Shown one piece after another: positions 45,104 to 61,589 of a stretch of 64,000 bases of DNA. Position 1 is the stretch's first letter, and every line of letters begins with the position of its first letter. This stretch comes from the human T2T-CHM13v2.0 reference genome, Homo sapiens. The translations under genes were made by a program, and so were the position numbers. The notes under the pieces were generated by a model. It ran no database searches and was not told where the DNA came from. It was given only the letters and a program-made list of their open reading frames with translations. The DNA is taken from the NCBI RefSeq assembly GCF_009914755.1, contig NC_060945.1. One strand, given 5' to 3'.

Positions 45104-45174
45104 CTGTTATTTTCAATAAAAGATGTGTGCAACCAGAAGTAAAATGAGCAATTGTCATAGTATGTAGGAAGATT
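45104..45174 (-). CDS. TPTE: TPTE coding exon (C2 domain), 71 bp
   Basis: [23 protein letters not shown](R); ag/gtatg sites. Confidence 0.93.
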
Positions 45175-45574
45175 CTAAAAAGAAAAAAAAATTTCAAAGT
45201 AAAACTGATACCAAGAACTAATCATTCCAAAGAAATTGAAGTTCCTTTCTTTATTCTTTTTTATATTTATCAAACAATTATAACCATTAAATATGTGGCA
45301 CTCTGCAATCTATAACAATACACTCAAGACACAAAGGAGGAGGCTTTAAGAAAATGCTACTGCATTCTCTTGCTGTTTCTATCAAAATTTTCAAGGAATA
45401 GTATTTTTCCCATGATAGGTATTTAATTTAAATGCTGCTATTTGAATCTGGTTTAGATAGTGCCAAACAGACTCTACTAAGGACCTATGTCTATATATAC
45501 CCAACTACATTGTAGTGAATTCTTGTAATTTTTTTGTTGCCTCAGCATCCCTTTTAATTATAAATTGGATTTTC

Positions 45575-46237
<663 letters not shown>

Positions 46238-46585
46238 TTAAAAAAGATGCAAAACAAAATGTAATCAATGCTATGCAGTAAAACATACCTTTGGGGTTTT
46301 TTTTTTTTAGCATCTTGACTTTGTGTGTGTGTTTATTTTGTATTTTTTGTATTTGAGAATACATGTAAATTTAGAAAAATTTAGAAAATTTACAATTTAG
46401 AAAAAAACAAATGAACAAAAATTATTTAAATTACATACGCTCTTTTAAAAAAATTTGTTATAGATCTGATTTATTGTTTTCTTCCCCCTACCCCTCCCTT
46501 GTTGGGAATTGTAGTAAAGCAAATCTTACATGAAATCATTAGACCAGACAAGAACAATGGCAGAGGCTACTTTGTGATTACTCAC

Positions 46586-46678
46586 CGAATAGAAAAACTG
46601 CACTTTCACATCATCATACAGAGGTGGACCGTCGAATACATCAATTAATATTTTGTCTGTTGTAATGTTATCAAGTAC
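46586..46678 (-). CDS. TPTE: TPTE coding exon (C2 domain), 93 bp
   Basis: [31 protein letters not shown]; ag/gtgag sites. Confidence 0.93.
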
Positions 46679-46872
46679 CTATGAATGAACACATGGAATT
46701 GAGAACTATAAACCTAGATAATGATAACAATGAAGTTCCTTTTCACTTATCATGACTTCCTGTATTTATCAAGTACTTTTGGTCTCACAGCCCAATCACT
46801 ACATACATAAATAATTATTAATAATCTCTTCTAGTTGCAATACTGTTGTTTATGCGTGTGTGTTTACATTTG

Positions 46873-47512
<640 letters not shown>

Positions 47513-48297
47513 TATGAGGCACTTTTCAAAAGTGCCGCACTTTTAAAAAGTATTGAATTTTCCATTAGACTGTAATCAATTAAATATTATTATTTAATGT
47601 GTGTCATTTGATTTTTATGTGTTAGGGCCTTTTTTGAGAATACATTAAGAAGGTCAATTTTAAAGCTAGCATTGACATTCAAAAAGCAATGCATAACTTA
47701 TCACGGTTTTTTATTTTCTGAATTTAAAAAATAACAACGGGGGTCTGTAACACTTGGGGGTTGGGCCAGCATGCTCCTCCCAAGGGAGGGGGAGAGTGGG
47801 GTCCCCCTGCTCATCATGTTTTATCAGAACTCTTGTGTTTGTCAATGGGATCTTTGAACTTGACCAGTGCAGGCTGCTGGATGGAGTAACCAAAGATAGC
47901 TCAAGTTTTGGAATGAATGACTTTGACGCTGTACTAGTTCTTTGACTCATTCTCATAGAAATAATGGCACCCACAATAAGAAAGGTCTATACTAGGCCCT
48001 GTGAAAAACACAAAAGGGGGTGCAGACTCAGTTGGCCCCTTCAGGGAGCTGTACACTTAAGAAACAATAGTAGAATGGTACATAACTCAATCTGTATGAT
48101 AAAGACTGGGTGTGCTGTTATGCACTATTGGGGGCTAGTTAACAGAAGGTGCAGAATGCAAAAATTTCATTAAGGAGGTAGAAATTGAATTGGGCATGAA
48201 GCAGTTTAGATAAAGGAAGAAGAGCTCTGAAAACAGAATCTAGTCCAAATGGAGGGAAAAAGACCAGCAATAACACAAAGTAGAAATTAGAAAAATG

Positions 48298-48608
<311 letters not shown>

Positions 48609-48631
48609 ATTGGAAAAACAACAACAAATAA

Positions 48632-48935
<304 letters not shown>

Positions 48936-50641
48936 AATTAGAGTTGTGTTCCAAGAGCCAAAAGGGATGACCCAGTTTATTTGGAATGAAGTCTGCTGGT
49001 CAAGCTACTCATGGAAAAAAGCTCAGGTATTACACGTTAGGGCTATTATATCTTCAGAGCTCAAGAGCCAAGGAAATAAGAGTGACGTTGTTGAAAAATA
49101 TGGTTGAGCATTTCCTATGTGACAAAGAGGCCTGATAATTATCACATATAACACTTATTTAGTGATTTATAGTTTACAAAGAAACTTTATATATATTATC
49201 TAATTTAATTCCCATTACACTTGAGATGTGATATTTATTTTACAGATAAGGATGTTGAGCCAGAGGTGTTAACTGGCTCTGACTACAGGCACACAGTGTG
49301 TCTTCTGCTCTACCTACAATTTTTCACAACGAGAGCAATATTTCAGAATGCATATTTCAGGATTCTATACATTGCATTATAGAAGGAGAAAGAAAGGGTA
49401 AGGAGACCACTGCGGAAATCTAGGCATGAGCAAAGGAGATTCTGGACAATTAGTGGCAGTGAGAACAGAAAGGAAGGAGAACATAGAAAACTGTCAAAGG
49501 CATAATCAACAGAGATTGATGACTAACTGGATTTAGGGGGCCGAGGCAAAGAGAATCAAAGCCCAAGGCATGAGTGGAAGAATGCTGGTGCCATTTGCAG
49601 AAGCAGAGAGAAAGCTCCTTGATAATTCAGACTGGCTAATGCATTTGAGTTGGAGTGGAAACTGTTCATGTTGTAGCTCCTGCATCTACAACTCAGCGGG
49701 TGCTCATAATTGGCTGTTATGAGTTGTTATGAGTAAATGAACAAATAATAGTTGAAGTAAGGGGAACGGGTCATCCTTTAAGAGTAAAGTATTTGCTAAG
49801 AACACAAAGCCAAGGGTCAGGCCTGGGTGAATGCCCTCAGTCGGGAGAGGCCAAAAAAGCCGGGCGCAGAGTAGGGAGGGCATGGCAGGGAATAGGGTTA
49901 GTAATAGGAGAATTTGAGACAAAGGCCTGGGTAGGAATTCTAAAAGTTTATGGTTATTAGACCATGAAAGATGCTTTCTGTTTCAGAAAAGGTATATAGT
50001 TTTAGGCATTTCTTCATTGAAGCAAAACATTGACTACCAGGTCCCTTTTGCTTTGGATAAAGAGGTTCCTCCCCCGTTCATTCACTCTTGCATTGTTTCT
50101 CACAGGGTCATCCCACAGAACCTCTGACTTAGAATCACTTGGGACATTGCTAAGTCTATAGATTCCTGGGCCCCATTCCAGATTTCCTGAATCATACTTT
50201 GGGGGTACAACCTAGGAATGTAAATCTTTACAAGCTCCTCAGTAGTTTTCATGCACACTAAACTTTTAGAATCAGTGCTATATAACAAAAGATCAAATGA
50301 CGGAGAAGAAGAGAATATGGTTAAAAATGACCAGATAATGTAAATTAAAATCCTTAATACATTCCTGGGAACACGCTCAGTGTTTGTGGAAGTGTGAAAG
50401 GGAAAGCAACACTGACCAGAAATAAATTCTGGAAAGCACCCTGAAAAAACTGTTTTGAACAAACAGGTTAATTTATCTCTGGTTTGCATCCAAACCCAAT
50501 GACACCAAGTTGGATGGTAACCAGAAAGCGTTATGGAATCTCTTTATGGTGAGTGATAGTTTAGGGAGGTGAACATTGCTGGTTTGACATTCAGCCTTAA
50601 AACAAACATCAGATTTTTTCAATTCACATGTTTTCTCTTAC

Positions 50642-50721
50642 CGAACATTTTCCTAATGAAATAGTGGAAAAGACAACCTTTTTCTCCATTTCTATTTGGA
50701 TTTTTAGATCACGTACATAAC
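50642..50721 (-). CDS. TPTE: TPTE coding exon (C2 domain), 80 bp
   Basis: (R)[26 protein letters not shown]; cag/gtaag sites. Confidence 0.93.
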
Positions 50722-51021
50722 CTGTTCCAACAAAATGAAATTAAAAAGTTAGGTTGGCTAGCGTGAACATCAATATGTCTCACCAATTAACATCATGGAT
50801 TAAAATGAGAAAAAATTATCCAAGCTAACAATGTATCAATAGTCACTTATTTGGTCTTGCATGGATTTTGTCTTTGAAAGACAAGCCTTCAAGCCCAGTT
50901 CTGTCTCCTAAAGCAGATTTTATAAGATGAGAGAAGAGGAAAAAAAATACATATAGTTCAGCTTCGAAGACTTAGAATCCCATCACTTTTATCTTTCCAG
51001 AAAAAATATTTAGGGAAGCTA

Positions 51022-51374
<353 letters not shown>

Positions 51375-52648
51375 CTAATATGTTGCTTTCTTCAGACTTC
51401 TAATCATAATGATTCTTAATAATAAATACTGTCGTTTAAGTACTTTGGCCCTACTTTAAGGCCAGTTCCTGATGCAATCTCTATAAAAATATACGATAGT
51501 TATATCCAAAAATTCCAGTGGTGTTCAGTATATATTTACAGACAAAGGCTTTTTTGTTCCTTTTTTTCCAAATTGAAATGACCCACTTCCCTTAGCATTT
51601 CCTCAAAGACTTGGTTTCTCAGCCAATTAATTTTTTTATTGCTTTCCTCTCAACTCTACATTGATTTTAATTTAAATGTTCACAAAACTAAAGGTAGAGA
51701 ATTAAAACAAATATTTTAATAAACTAGTGTATTATCTTTGTTCATCTCATATGCTGTTTGTTTTCATTTAATTTTGTTTTCACTAACACCATATTTATTT
51801 GTCATTAGAAATCACAGTTTCTTGCCTCAGTTCCCTCTTTCCCATTCCAAGTGCAGAACTTCTTTCTATTGATGTCTACCAGAAATCAGTGAAATGTAGA
51901 ACTAAACTCAGAAGGCTAAAAATACTAGGCTGTCTGTGTGGACACCAGCATCCTGGCCCCATGGCACCTATAGCACCCAGCACTGGCACCATCTCAGGTC
52001 CACAAGCTGGCTGCTAGAAGAGGTTTGCTTTAGGGGTTCTGAAGCATCGCCTCCCTGCTACATCTCCGGCAGTGGGAGTGGTGAGGCCCCATCCCTTCCA
52101 CACAGACACATCCTGCTTTCCCACCTCCCCTGAGTGTAAGCTGGGAGTGAGAGGGTTACAGATGGAGGAGAGAGGGGAAAGGGAGAGCCCAGGGTGATGA
52201 GAAAAAAAATGCCTCTAAAAGAAGGTGAGAAAATGATACGATACGGAGACACCTCCACCAAGGCAAACTCTGAACTAGAGGTGGTTCTGAGAAATAAGCA
52301 GGCTTGAGGGCACATGGGTCCTCCTCCTCCCTCATCAGAGGCTCCCTCTGCCCGGAAAAGTCCGCCTGGGTTGAGACCAGAGGAGCAATGAGAACAGGAG
52401 AGATGGGAAAGGGATGAAGTCCCCCAAATTGGTGATGGAAAAGAAAAAGTGAAGAACATCTAAGGGCTGGCAATCAATGGGCAATTGCAGGAGGAGCGGC
52501 ATAAATAAGGAGGAGTTCCTGTGTGAGGATATGTAAAAAGACAAGTATGAGTTAGGATCATCTGTATATACAACTATGAGCAAAACCCTCCCAGAGTGGG
52601 GACATTGGCCCTCCTGCCCAATTCTTCAATTATACATAAAGCACTTAC

Positions 52649-52754
52649 GAGGAATCGAATAAATAATGAAGTGTTTTATAAAGAGTATCCGTCTTGGAGG
52701 GAGATTCCAGTTGTAGAGATGTTTCACTTGTGCAAAATATGCAACATATCTCTT
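52649..52754 (-). CDS. TPTE: TPTE coding exon (phosphatase/C2 junction), 106 bp
   Basis: [35 protein letters not shown]; cag/gtaag sites. Confidence 0.93.
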
Positions 52755-53368
52755 CTGAAAAGCAACAGAAATCTTCCTTTAAGTGGAGATGAAAAGTCTA
52801 AAGTCGGCATTCCTTTTTTTTTTTTTGCATAAAGCTTGTTAATGGAGGTAAGTAATTAAGGAAACATTTACTGGATGCCATAATATAACTAGATATTTTT
52901 AGGGATGCTGCCCCACAACTATCTACCTTGAGGGAAAAATACTGAATTCAGTGCAATGGGGAAGTAACAAGGATGGAGCCAGGCCCTGTTTATAGGCTGC
53001 TTATGGTTGACAGGGCAACTAATCAGAAGCACAACAAAACAGTTACAGTATCATCAGTGTCTGGATAGAAGCTTAGTTGTGACTGAGTTAGAGGAAGACT
53101 TGTGGTTTGGTGATGAGCAGCTTCCTGGGCATGAGAGAATGGTATAAGTGAAAACTCCAGAGGAATACCTCCAAACCTCAGTAGCAGGTTTCCCATCCCT
53201 CTTCTCTTGTTCCTGACAGCTACAATTTCTTCACTTTGCATTTCCTCAATTCTGTTTTCCCAAGGAAGCCCTGAAATTGTCTTAGCCTTGTCCTTTCCCT
53301 GGGGCAAGCTGTTCACAACAGCTCTCCCCTGAATCTTTCTTCAAGGTATTGAAGAGCTCTGGTACTCA

Positions 53369-53708
<340 letters not shown>

Positions 53709-55902
53709 TCATAAGTTCACAGACTGTTCCTTACCCATTGGGAAATGTTGATTAAAGTAACTAACGGCCATACTTCCCTTTAGAAAGGGCCAGTCATGAG
53801 ACAGGTTCATGAAAGTCCTTAACTTAGGAGTAGATGCACTCAGTAGAATGGCCCACAATGCAGGATCAGAATGTGATGGTGTCTGAGAATCACCACCAGA
53901 CACAGAGGGCACTCTGTCCTGAGGTCTTGCCAACACAGCTCTCAAACGTGCAGCTGAGTCCCTGTGTTGCTTTTTCGGTGAATCAGAAGAGATTCAGTTG
54001 CAGCCTTTGGTGTGCTAGTTCTGGACTACAGTTAGGGAAACTATGCACGACTGCAGAAGAAATGGGGATGGGGAGATGTGTGGGGAGAGTTGTTGAAGGA
54101 GCTCCGTCTAGCATCCCGTTAGCTTCTGCCACTAGATTCTCCACCTTTCCCTAAGGGCTGTAAACCACCAGGGCCCTCAAGCTGCTTGTGCTCCCACGCT
54201 TCCTTCTCCTACAACTTAAAACAACATGGACTTGTAGTAGAAATTAATACAACCAACACATAGGAGGCACTCACTACAAACAAAGAAAACATTATGAGAA
54301 AAGGGTGGAAAGATGGGTAAGCCACGGGCTTTGCCTTTAAAGGGGATACAGAAGTCACCACTTCAAATAACTAGAGAATGATGCAAAGTGACGTAGTCCC
54401 TAAAAGAAACACAAAGGGCTCTAAGAATTGAAAAAGCAAGAGACTACTTCAGGCTGAGAAGGGAAAGGGACTCTAGGAAAAGGGGCATGAGCAATGGCAT
54501 GAGGGTATCAAGTGTCCATAGGCTGGGAAAGAGCACAGAGTCTAAATGTGTTGGAGTATGGGATGTGTGATGCACACAGCGGAAGAGAAGGTTGGAAAAG
54601 TCAAAGAGTGGCTCTTGAGTGCCAGGTTGAAACGTTTAGTTTATTGCCATTGGCAGTGGGGACATAGTATGGATTTTAAGCATGGAAATGGCATGATTAG
54701 GGCTGCACTTCAGTAAATTCACCTATCACTTTTAGCTTAGAGTCTATGACTATCTTTGTTTTGTTTTGTTTTGTTTTGTTTGGGGCTTGGGTGTGGGAGA
54801 AAAGTAGCAGTGGATAAAGCTGAGTTCTTCTGGCCCAAACTAAAGGCTTAGGGCCAGTAGTTAGAGAGTTCTTCTACTCAGCTCCCACCACTTAAAGAAA
54901 AACTCATTTACAGCCACATCCAAATCCATTTAGAAATTCCCAACCCGCTCTCACTTCGGTTTCAGGGGCAATATAGAAAAGGCAATATAAATGACAAGCT
55001 GTGCACAGCAAGGGCTTCAGAGACTGACATCTAGATTTCAGTCCTTGGTTCAAAGGTTACTTTCTCTAAACCTCAATTTTCTAATTTATGAGAATCATAG
55101 TAGTGCCTACTCACAGAGTTACTGAGAATATTAAATGAGATAGTGAATAGAGAACCCTCAGAATAGTTCACCAAAGTCTAGAATGTTGTAAATGCTATAG
55201 GATAAACATCCTGGTTTCTGCAATAAACAAATTACAAGTAATAAAAAATGGTGAGAAATCTATGAACTTAGATTCTTAAAAGAGACTTAGGAGACACAGC
55301 AACCAAATGAAATGTGTGGACTTTGTTTGAATTCTGATTAAACAAACTAAATTTTCAAAGATTTTAAGACAATTTTGGAAACAAACATGGACTACAAATT
55401 TGATATAAAGGATTTTTAAGGTATAATATTGTTAGATATGATAAAAAGTGTTAAGGTTTTTTCTTGTTGTTTTAAGAGTACTTAAATGTCATACTAAAAT
55501 GCTGTGTGATAAAATGATCTGACGACTGAAATTTCCTTTACAATAACTCAGATTTAGGGAAAACAAGAGTGGAGAGTGGGGTTGGGGGGTGTGAGTGGAG
55601 TGGGAAAGAATGGATGAAATGTGACTGGCGCCAGCTGAAATACTGTTGCAGCAATGTGATGACTACATGAGGATATAGTGTATGATTCTCTGGACTTTTG
55701 TATATGATTAAAATTTTCCATAACAAAATGTTTCTAAAAGAAAAAACAGAGTAACAGTGTATATTTCATACAGGTGTTATGGGTATTAAATGAGATATGT
55801 AAAAGTGCAATACTGTCTGGGATACAGAAGGGGTTTTGAAAAGTTTATTTTCCCTTTTATTTTCTCTTTTAAAATACACCTCCCCCACAACACACAGAAA
55901 AG

Positions 55903-55930
55903 ACACACACACACACACACACACACACAC
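55903..55930. repeat. (CA)n microsatellite
   Basis: Visible directly. Confidence 0.9.
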
Positions 55931-56362
55931 CAGGAGTCATCCAAAAACAGTCTTTGTGATGTTCTGCAAGGGTTGAATTGTCCTAGTAAGGGTTTGTGAA
56001 AGACTTGGATCTTTTTTACATTGAAATCAAAGGCTGGTGATTTTAGACACACTTCAGAGTCCTGGAGCCTTGGGTACTGGACCTTCCTACTTTGGGAAAA
56101 TAATCAACTCCTGAGCTCTGTAAACAATAACCAGTATAGAATAGAAAGCAGGATTCTCTGAAGAGAAACCAGAGTCCCCAGCATGTGGGCAGCACCTGAA
56201 GCGTGACCCTCAGACTCAGGGAGGGACTAAGGCCTGTTGCAGGGCACCCAACTGCTGCTGCCTGATCACCAAAGGAGAGGAGTCTAAAATGAAACCAAAT
56301 AACAGGTGGCAATCTGAACCCACACCCCTAAAAAAACTCCCATTTTTAAAAAGAAAACTTAC

Positions 56363-56443
56363 CTGAGAAGGAGTTTCTACTCCCTGAAATTTTTCGCTGT
56401 GGGTTTTATCTGTTCGCCTTTCTCCAAAATAATACAGGCTTTC
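56363..56443 (-). CDS. TPTE: TPTE coding exon (phosphatase domain, TI/gating loop), 81 bp
   Basis: [27 protein letters not shown]; tag/gtaag sites. Confidence 0.93.
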
Positions 56444-56548
56444 CTACAAAAAAGGGTACAATCCAACCATGGTTCATCTGCACTCTTTCCTTTCCTATAT
56501 TAGGTACCCTTAGTGTTTCTACGCCCACCTTCTTTCCTAAAGTCAGTG

Positions 56549-56955
<407 letters not shown>

Positions 56956-58212
56956 TAGAAAGCATCTGGTCCAACCCTTCTTTCCATATTACAAATGACA
57001 ACACTGAGACCAAAACAAAACCAAGCAACCTGCCAAGGAGATGCTGCAGCCAGTTAGAAGAAGCACAGGCCTCGCATACATGTCCCTGGGTCTCAGTCTA
57101 GGGCTCTGGATCAATGGCTGTCAATGACTTTCAAACCTTTTGTTTTTTAAGTTGCAATCCACATTAATAAACCTAGGAGACACACACACACACCAATATT
57201 TAAACCTTTGGATATTTTCTATTCTGCTCTATTCATTTTATTTTCAAACGATGTCAGTTACAATCCAGTAACTTTATTTTAAAACTCACTGATAAATCAT
57301 GATCCATAGCTTGAAAAACACCATCCTAGAACACCCATTTTCAAAATCTGTGTATCTCAAATTAGAGAAACCAAAGGTGGTGGAATTGGAGTCTGGGCAT
57401 TGTGCACAACCACCACCTCTTCCCTAGACTGAGGCCAAACAACTCGAGCAGAGCTGCTGGAAATGGTAGCATCTCAGCAAGAAAACGGCAGAAAGAAAAA
57501 TGACTGAGAACTCTGCTTTAAGTGGAAACAGCCCACCTTGTCTTATCAGAAATTTTTAGAGGTCACAGACTCCACATGTATTGACTAAGCAAAGATATTT
57601 ACATTCAGGAGAGGCTTTGTTTTGAGTTGTGAAATGTTGCTTTTTATCTACCTAAGAGTTGTGAGGATGGGCAAGGCTCTTTGGAGAATTTATCTAATTA
57701 AGCTTGATACTATTCTCACGAGGAAGGAAGAAGTCATGGTACTGGCAGGAGGAAGAGCAGGGCCAGGTGAAGTGAGGGAAGCATCTTGATTACTGAATGT
57801 TTTTTTCTGTGTAACATGGCTTTACTCCCCTCACCTTAATCCTGCCCCATCAGGTCTTGTCTTTATTTAACATGTTGATATTGTATACATCATCGATTTT
57901 TTGCATTAATTTTTATTAAAATATTGCGTTAAAATTATTTATTTTAATTATTACAATTTTTAGCATTCCCTTAAATTTTGCACCTCATTGACCTCACTCT
58001 AGTCCTGGCCCAAAGAGATTCTGAAGTCAGCTACTAACTAGTGCACATTAAACAAGAAAGTATCAAAAACAGACTTTCTAAAGACTGCTTCTCTAATTAC
58101 AATTTTACTAAGCACCATGACTAAAATAATCATCTTAATGTCCTGCCAGTGATGTTTCAGAACTAGCAAACTCAATCATCCTAAGACAAAGTTTGTAGAA
58201 CATCTTTCATAC

Positions 58213-58274
58213 CTTTGCAGTTGAACATATTTCAGAGGCAATAAGGAAGGCACAAACCATAGTTCCTGTTCTAT
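58213..58274 (-). CDS. TPTE: TPTE coding exon (end of the P-loop), 62 bp; earlier exons lie beyond the window
   Basis: (x)AT AGA ACA GGA... = (D)RTGTMVCAFLIASEICSTAK; tag/gtatg sites; frame is continuous across all seven exons (629 nt). Confidence 0.92.
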
Positions 58275-58357
58275 CTAGAAAAGAAAAGAAGTTAGTTCAA
58301 GAACATACGTGGTATAAAAATACACTCAGAAATATTCAAGGAGTGCATTTTAACTTG

Positions 58358-58452
58358 ATTTTCTTTCTTTTTTTTGAGACAGGGTCTTGCTGTGTCACGC
58401 AGGCTGGAGTGCAGTGGCACAATCTTGGCTCATTGCGACCTCCATCTCACAG
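58358..58452 (-). mobile_element. Alu 3' fragment
   Basis: tttttgagacagggtcttgctgtgtcacgcaggctggagtgcagtgg, truncated. Confidence 0.85.
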
Positions 58453-60587
58453 GTGAAAAATAGGCAAATTACATTTACAGTAAAAATATCTCTCACCATC
58501 TCTCCACAAAAGGACACGATGAGGTTTTTACTAAAATCTATAAGAAAGCAACAATTCATGTATTTTATGATTTTTTTGGATAATAGTAAAAAAGAAAAAT
58601 TCCCAACTCATTTAGTACGTTAATATAACTGATTCCAAAATTGCACAAATGCAGTAGAAGATATTTTTACACCAGTCTCACATATAAATGTAGATTTAAA
58701 AATATACATATATTTTCAAAGTGAATTCAGCAATGTAGAAACACCATGTATCAACACCAAGTGCCATTTCTCTTAAGGATGCAAGGATGTTTTTTCCAAG
58801 ATGGCAGATTACAGGCTTTTAGCATGCCTGCCTCAGTCATTTGGAAATAGCAAGCAAGTACATAAAGACCAACTCTGTGAGCTTTAATTCAAGAAAGAAA
58901 ATGGCAATTCCCCGGAATTTTGAAGGACATCCCAGATCCTGGGGAGGACAATGCAGGCAAGCAGCCCTCAGGACAGCATTCGACTGATAAAAGTGAGTGA
59001 AGCCTCAGTATGTGAGACAGGCAGACAGCATCCCTCTGTCTCACCTTTCCACTGGACATCCATGCAACCCGGGCAGAGGAAGAGATTGTTTCTCCCAAGC
59101 CTTGGAGCTCATTTGAGAAGAGACTTGGAGACTTTGTGGGGGAAAGACACAGGGAAACGCTGCCGGCATTTTCCCAAACCTGGACTGGGAGCAGGACAAC
59201 ACTGGGGGAATCTTCCCTATCTGGCTGCACCCATCTTGTGCCCCCAATCCCCCTACCCCTAGGGCTGAGGGAGCTCAGATTAATGTGTACTCAGGATTTC
59301 AGCCCATTGCCTGGGGCAACAGAGAGCTCCTCCCAATAAACAAGGATGAAGTACACAGCCAGCAGCACTGGCAACAGCCAGCTCTTACCCATGGCGCCAT
59401 CTACTGGCTCATAGGTCAAACCACACACCCAATATAAAACCTGCTGGCAGAAGTGCATAGGGCTGCAGAAGCAAAGCCAAAAGACCCTACCCAGCATGCT
59501 CTACAGTCACACCCTCTAGGGAGAAGGGAAAGGGAAAGAAGAAAAAAATAACAATAATATTATAGGAAAGGAAAGAAAAAGAAAAATCCTACCCAAACAA
59601 AAATAATTACACAAATTAGAAGTGCAGATGAGAAGGACCCACGCAAGAATTCTGGAACCATGAGAAATCTGAATGTAGTGACACTGCCAAAGGATCACAA
59701 TAGCTCTCTGGCAATGCTTCCTACCAAAATGAAAACTCAGAGATGACAATAAACAATTCAAAGCTTGGGTTGCAAGGAAGCTCAATGAGATTCAAGGTTG
59801 AAATCAACAAAAAGAAACTTCTACATCAATCCGGGAAATGAAGGAAGAGATAAACATCTTAATAAGAAATCAATCAGAACTTCTAGAATAAAAAAAACTC
59901 ACTAAGGAATTTCAAAATACAACTGAAAGCTTTATCAACAGACTGGACAAAGTAGAAAACATAATTTCAGAGCTTGAAGACTGGTCTTTTGAACTAATCC
60001 AGTCAGACAAAAATAAAGAAAAAAATATTTTTTAAAAGTGAAGAAAGTCAGAAATATGAGATTATGTAAAGTGACCAAACCTATGAATTACTGGCATGCC
60101 CTAGAGAGAAAGAGAAAAAGAAAACAGCCTGGAAAACATATTTGATGGAATAATTCGAGAAAATTTCTTGAATCTTGCTAGATAGACATCTAAGTACAAT
60201 AAAGCCAGACGGCACCTGTGAGATACTATAAAAAATGAACATTACCAAGGCATATACTCACCAGACTATCCAAGGTCACTGTCAAAGAAAAAGCCCTAAA
60301 GGCACTGGAGAAAAAGGCCAGATCACACACAAAGGTAGCCCCATCAGGATAACAGCCAAATCCAACAGCACATCAAAAAGTTCATGATCAAGTAAGCTTC
60401 ATTCCAAGGATACAAGGTTCAGCATATGCAAACCAAATGTGGTGCAGAATTAAACAGAAACCACATGATCATCTCAATAGATGCAGAAAAAAAAGCTTTT
60501 GATAAAATTCAACATCTTTCTTGATAAAAAAAAAAAAACACTCAAGAAACTAGGAATCAAAAGAACATACTTCAAAATAGAGCCATG

Positions 60588-61185
<598 letters not shown>

Positions 61186-61589
61186 GAAATCATTTCCTTT
61201 GCAGCATCATGGATGCAGCTGGAAGTCATTATCCTGAGCAAATTAATGCAGGAACAAAAAACCAAATACCATATGTTCTCACTCATAAGTGAAAGCTAAA
61301 CAATGGGTGCTCATGGACATCAAGGTGGCAATAATGGACCCTGGGGAGTTCTAGAAGGGGCACAGCAGAAAAGGACACAGGTTGAAAAACTAACTATTGG
61401 GTCTTGTGCTCAGTACCTGGGTGATGCGATCAATCATACCCCAAACCTCAGCATCACACAATATTACCAATAAACCTGTATATGCACTTCCAAATCTAAA
61501 AGCTAATTTATACCAAAAATCTAAGCTCAAAAAGAAAAAGAAAGTCTTTTGCCTATTAAAAAACAAATAATAACAAATGCAAGAATCAT

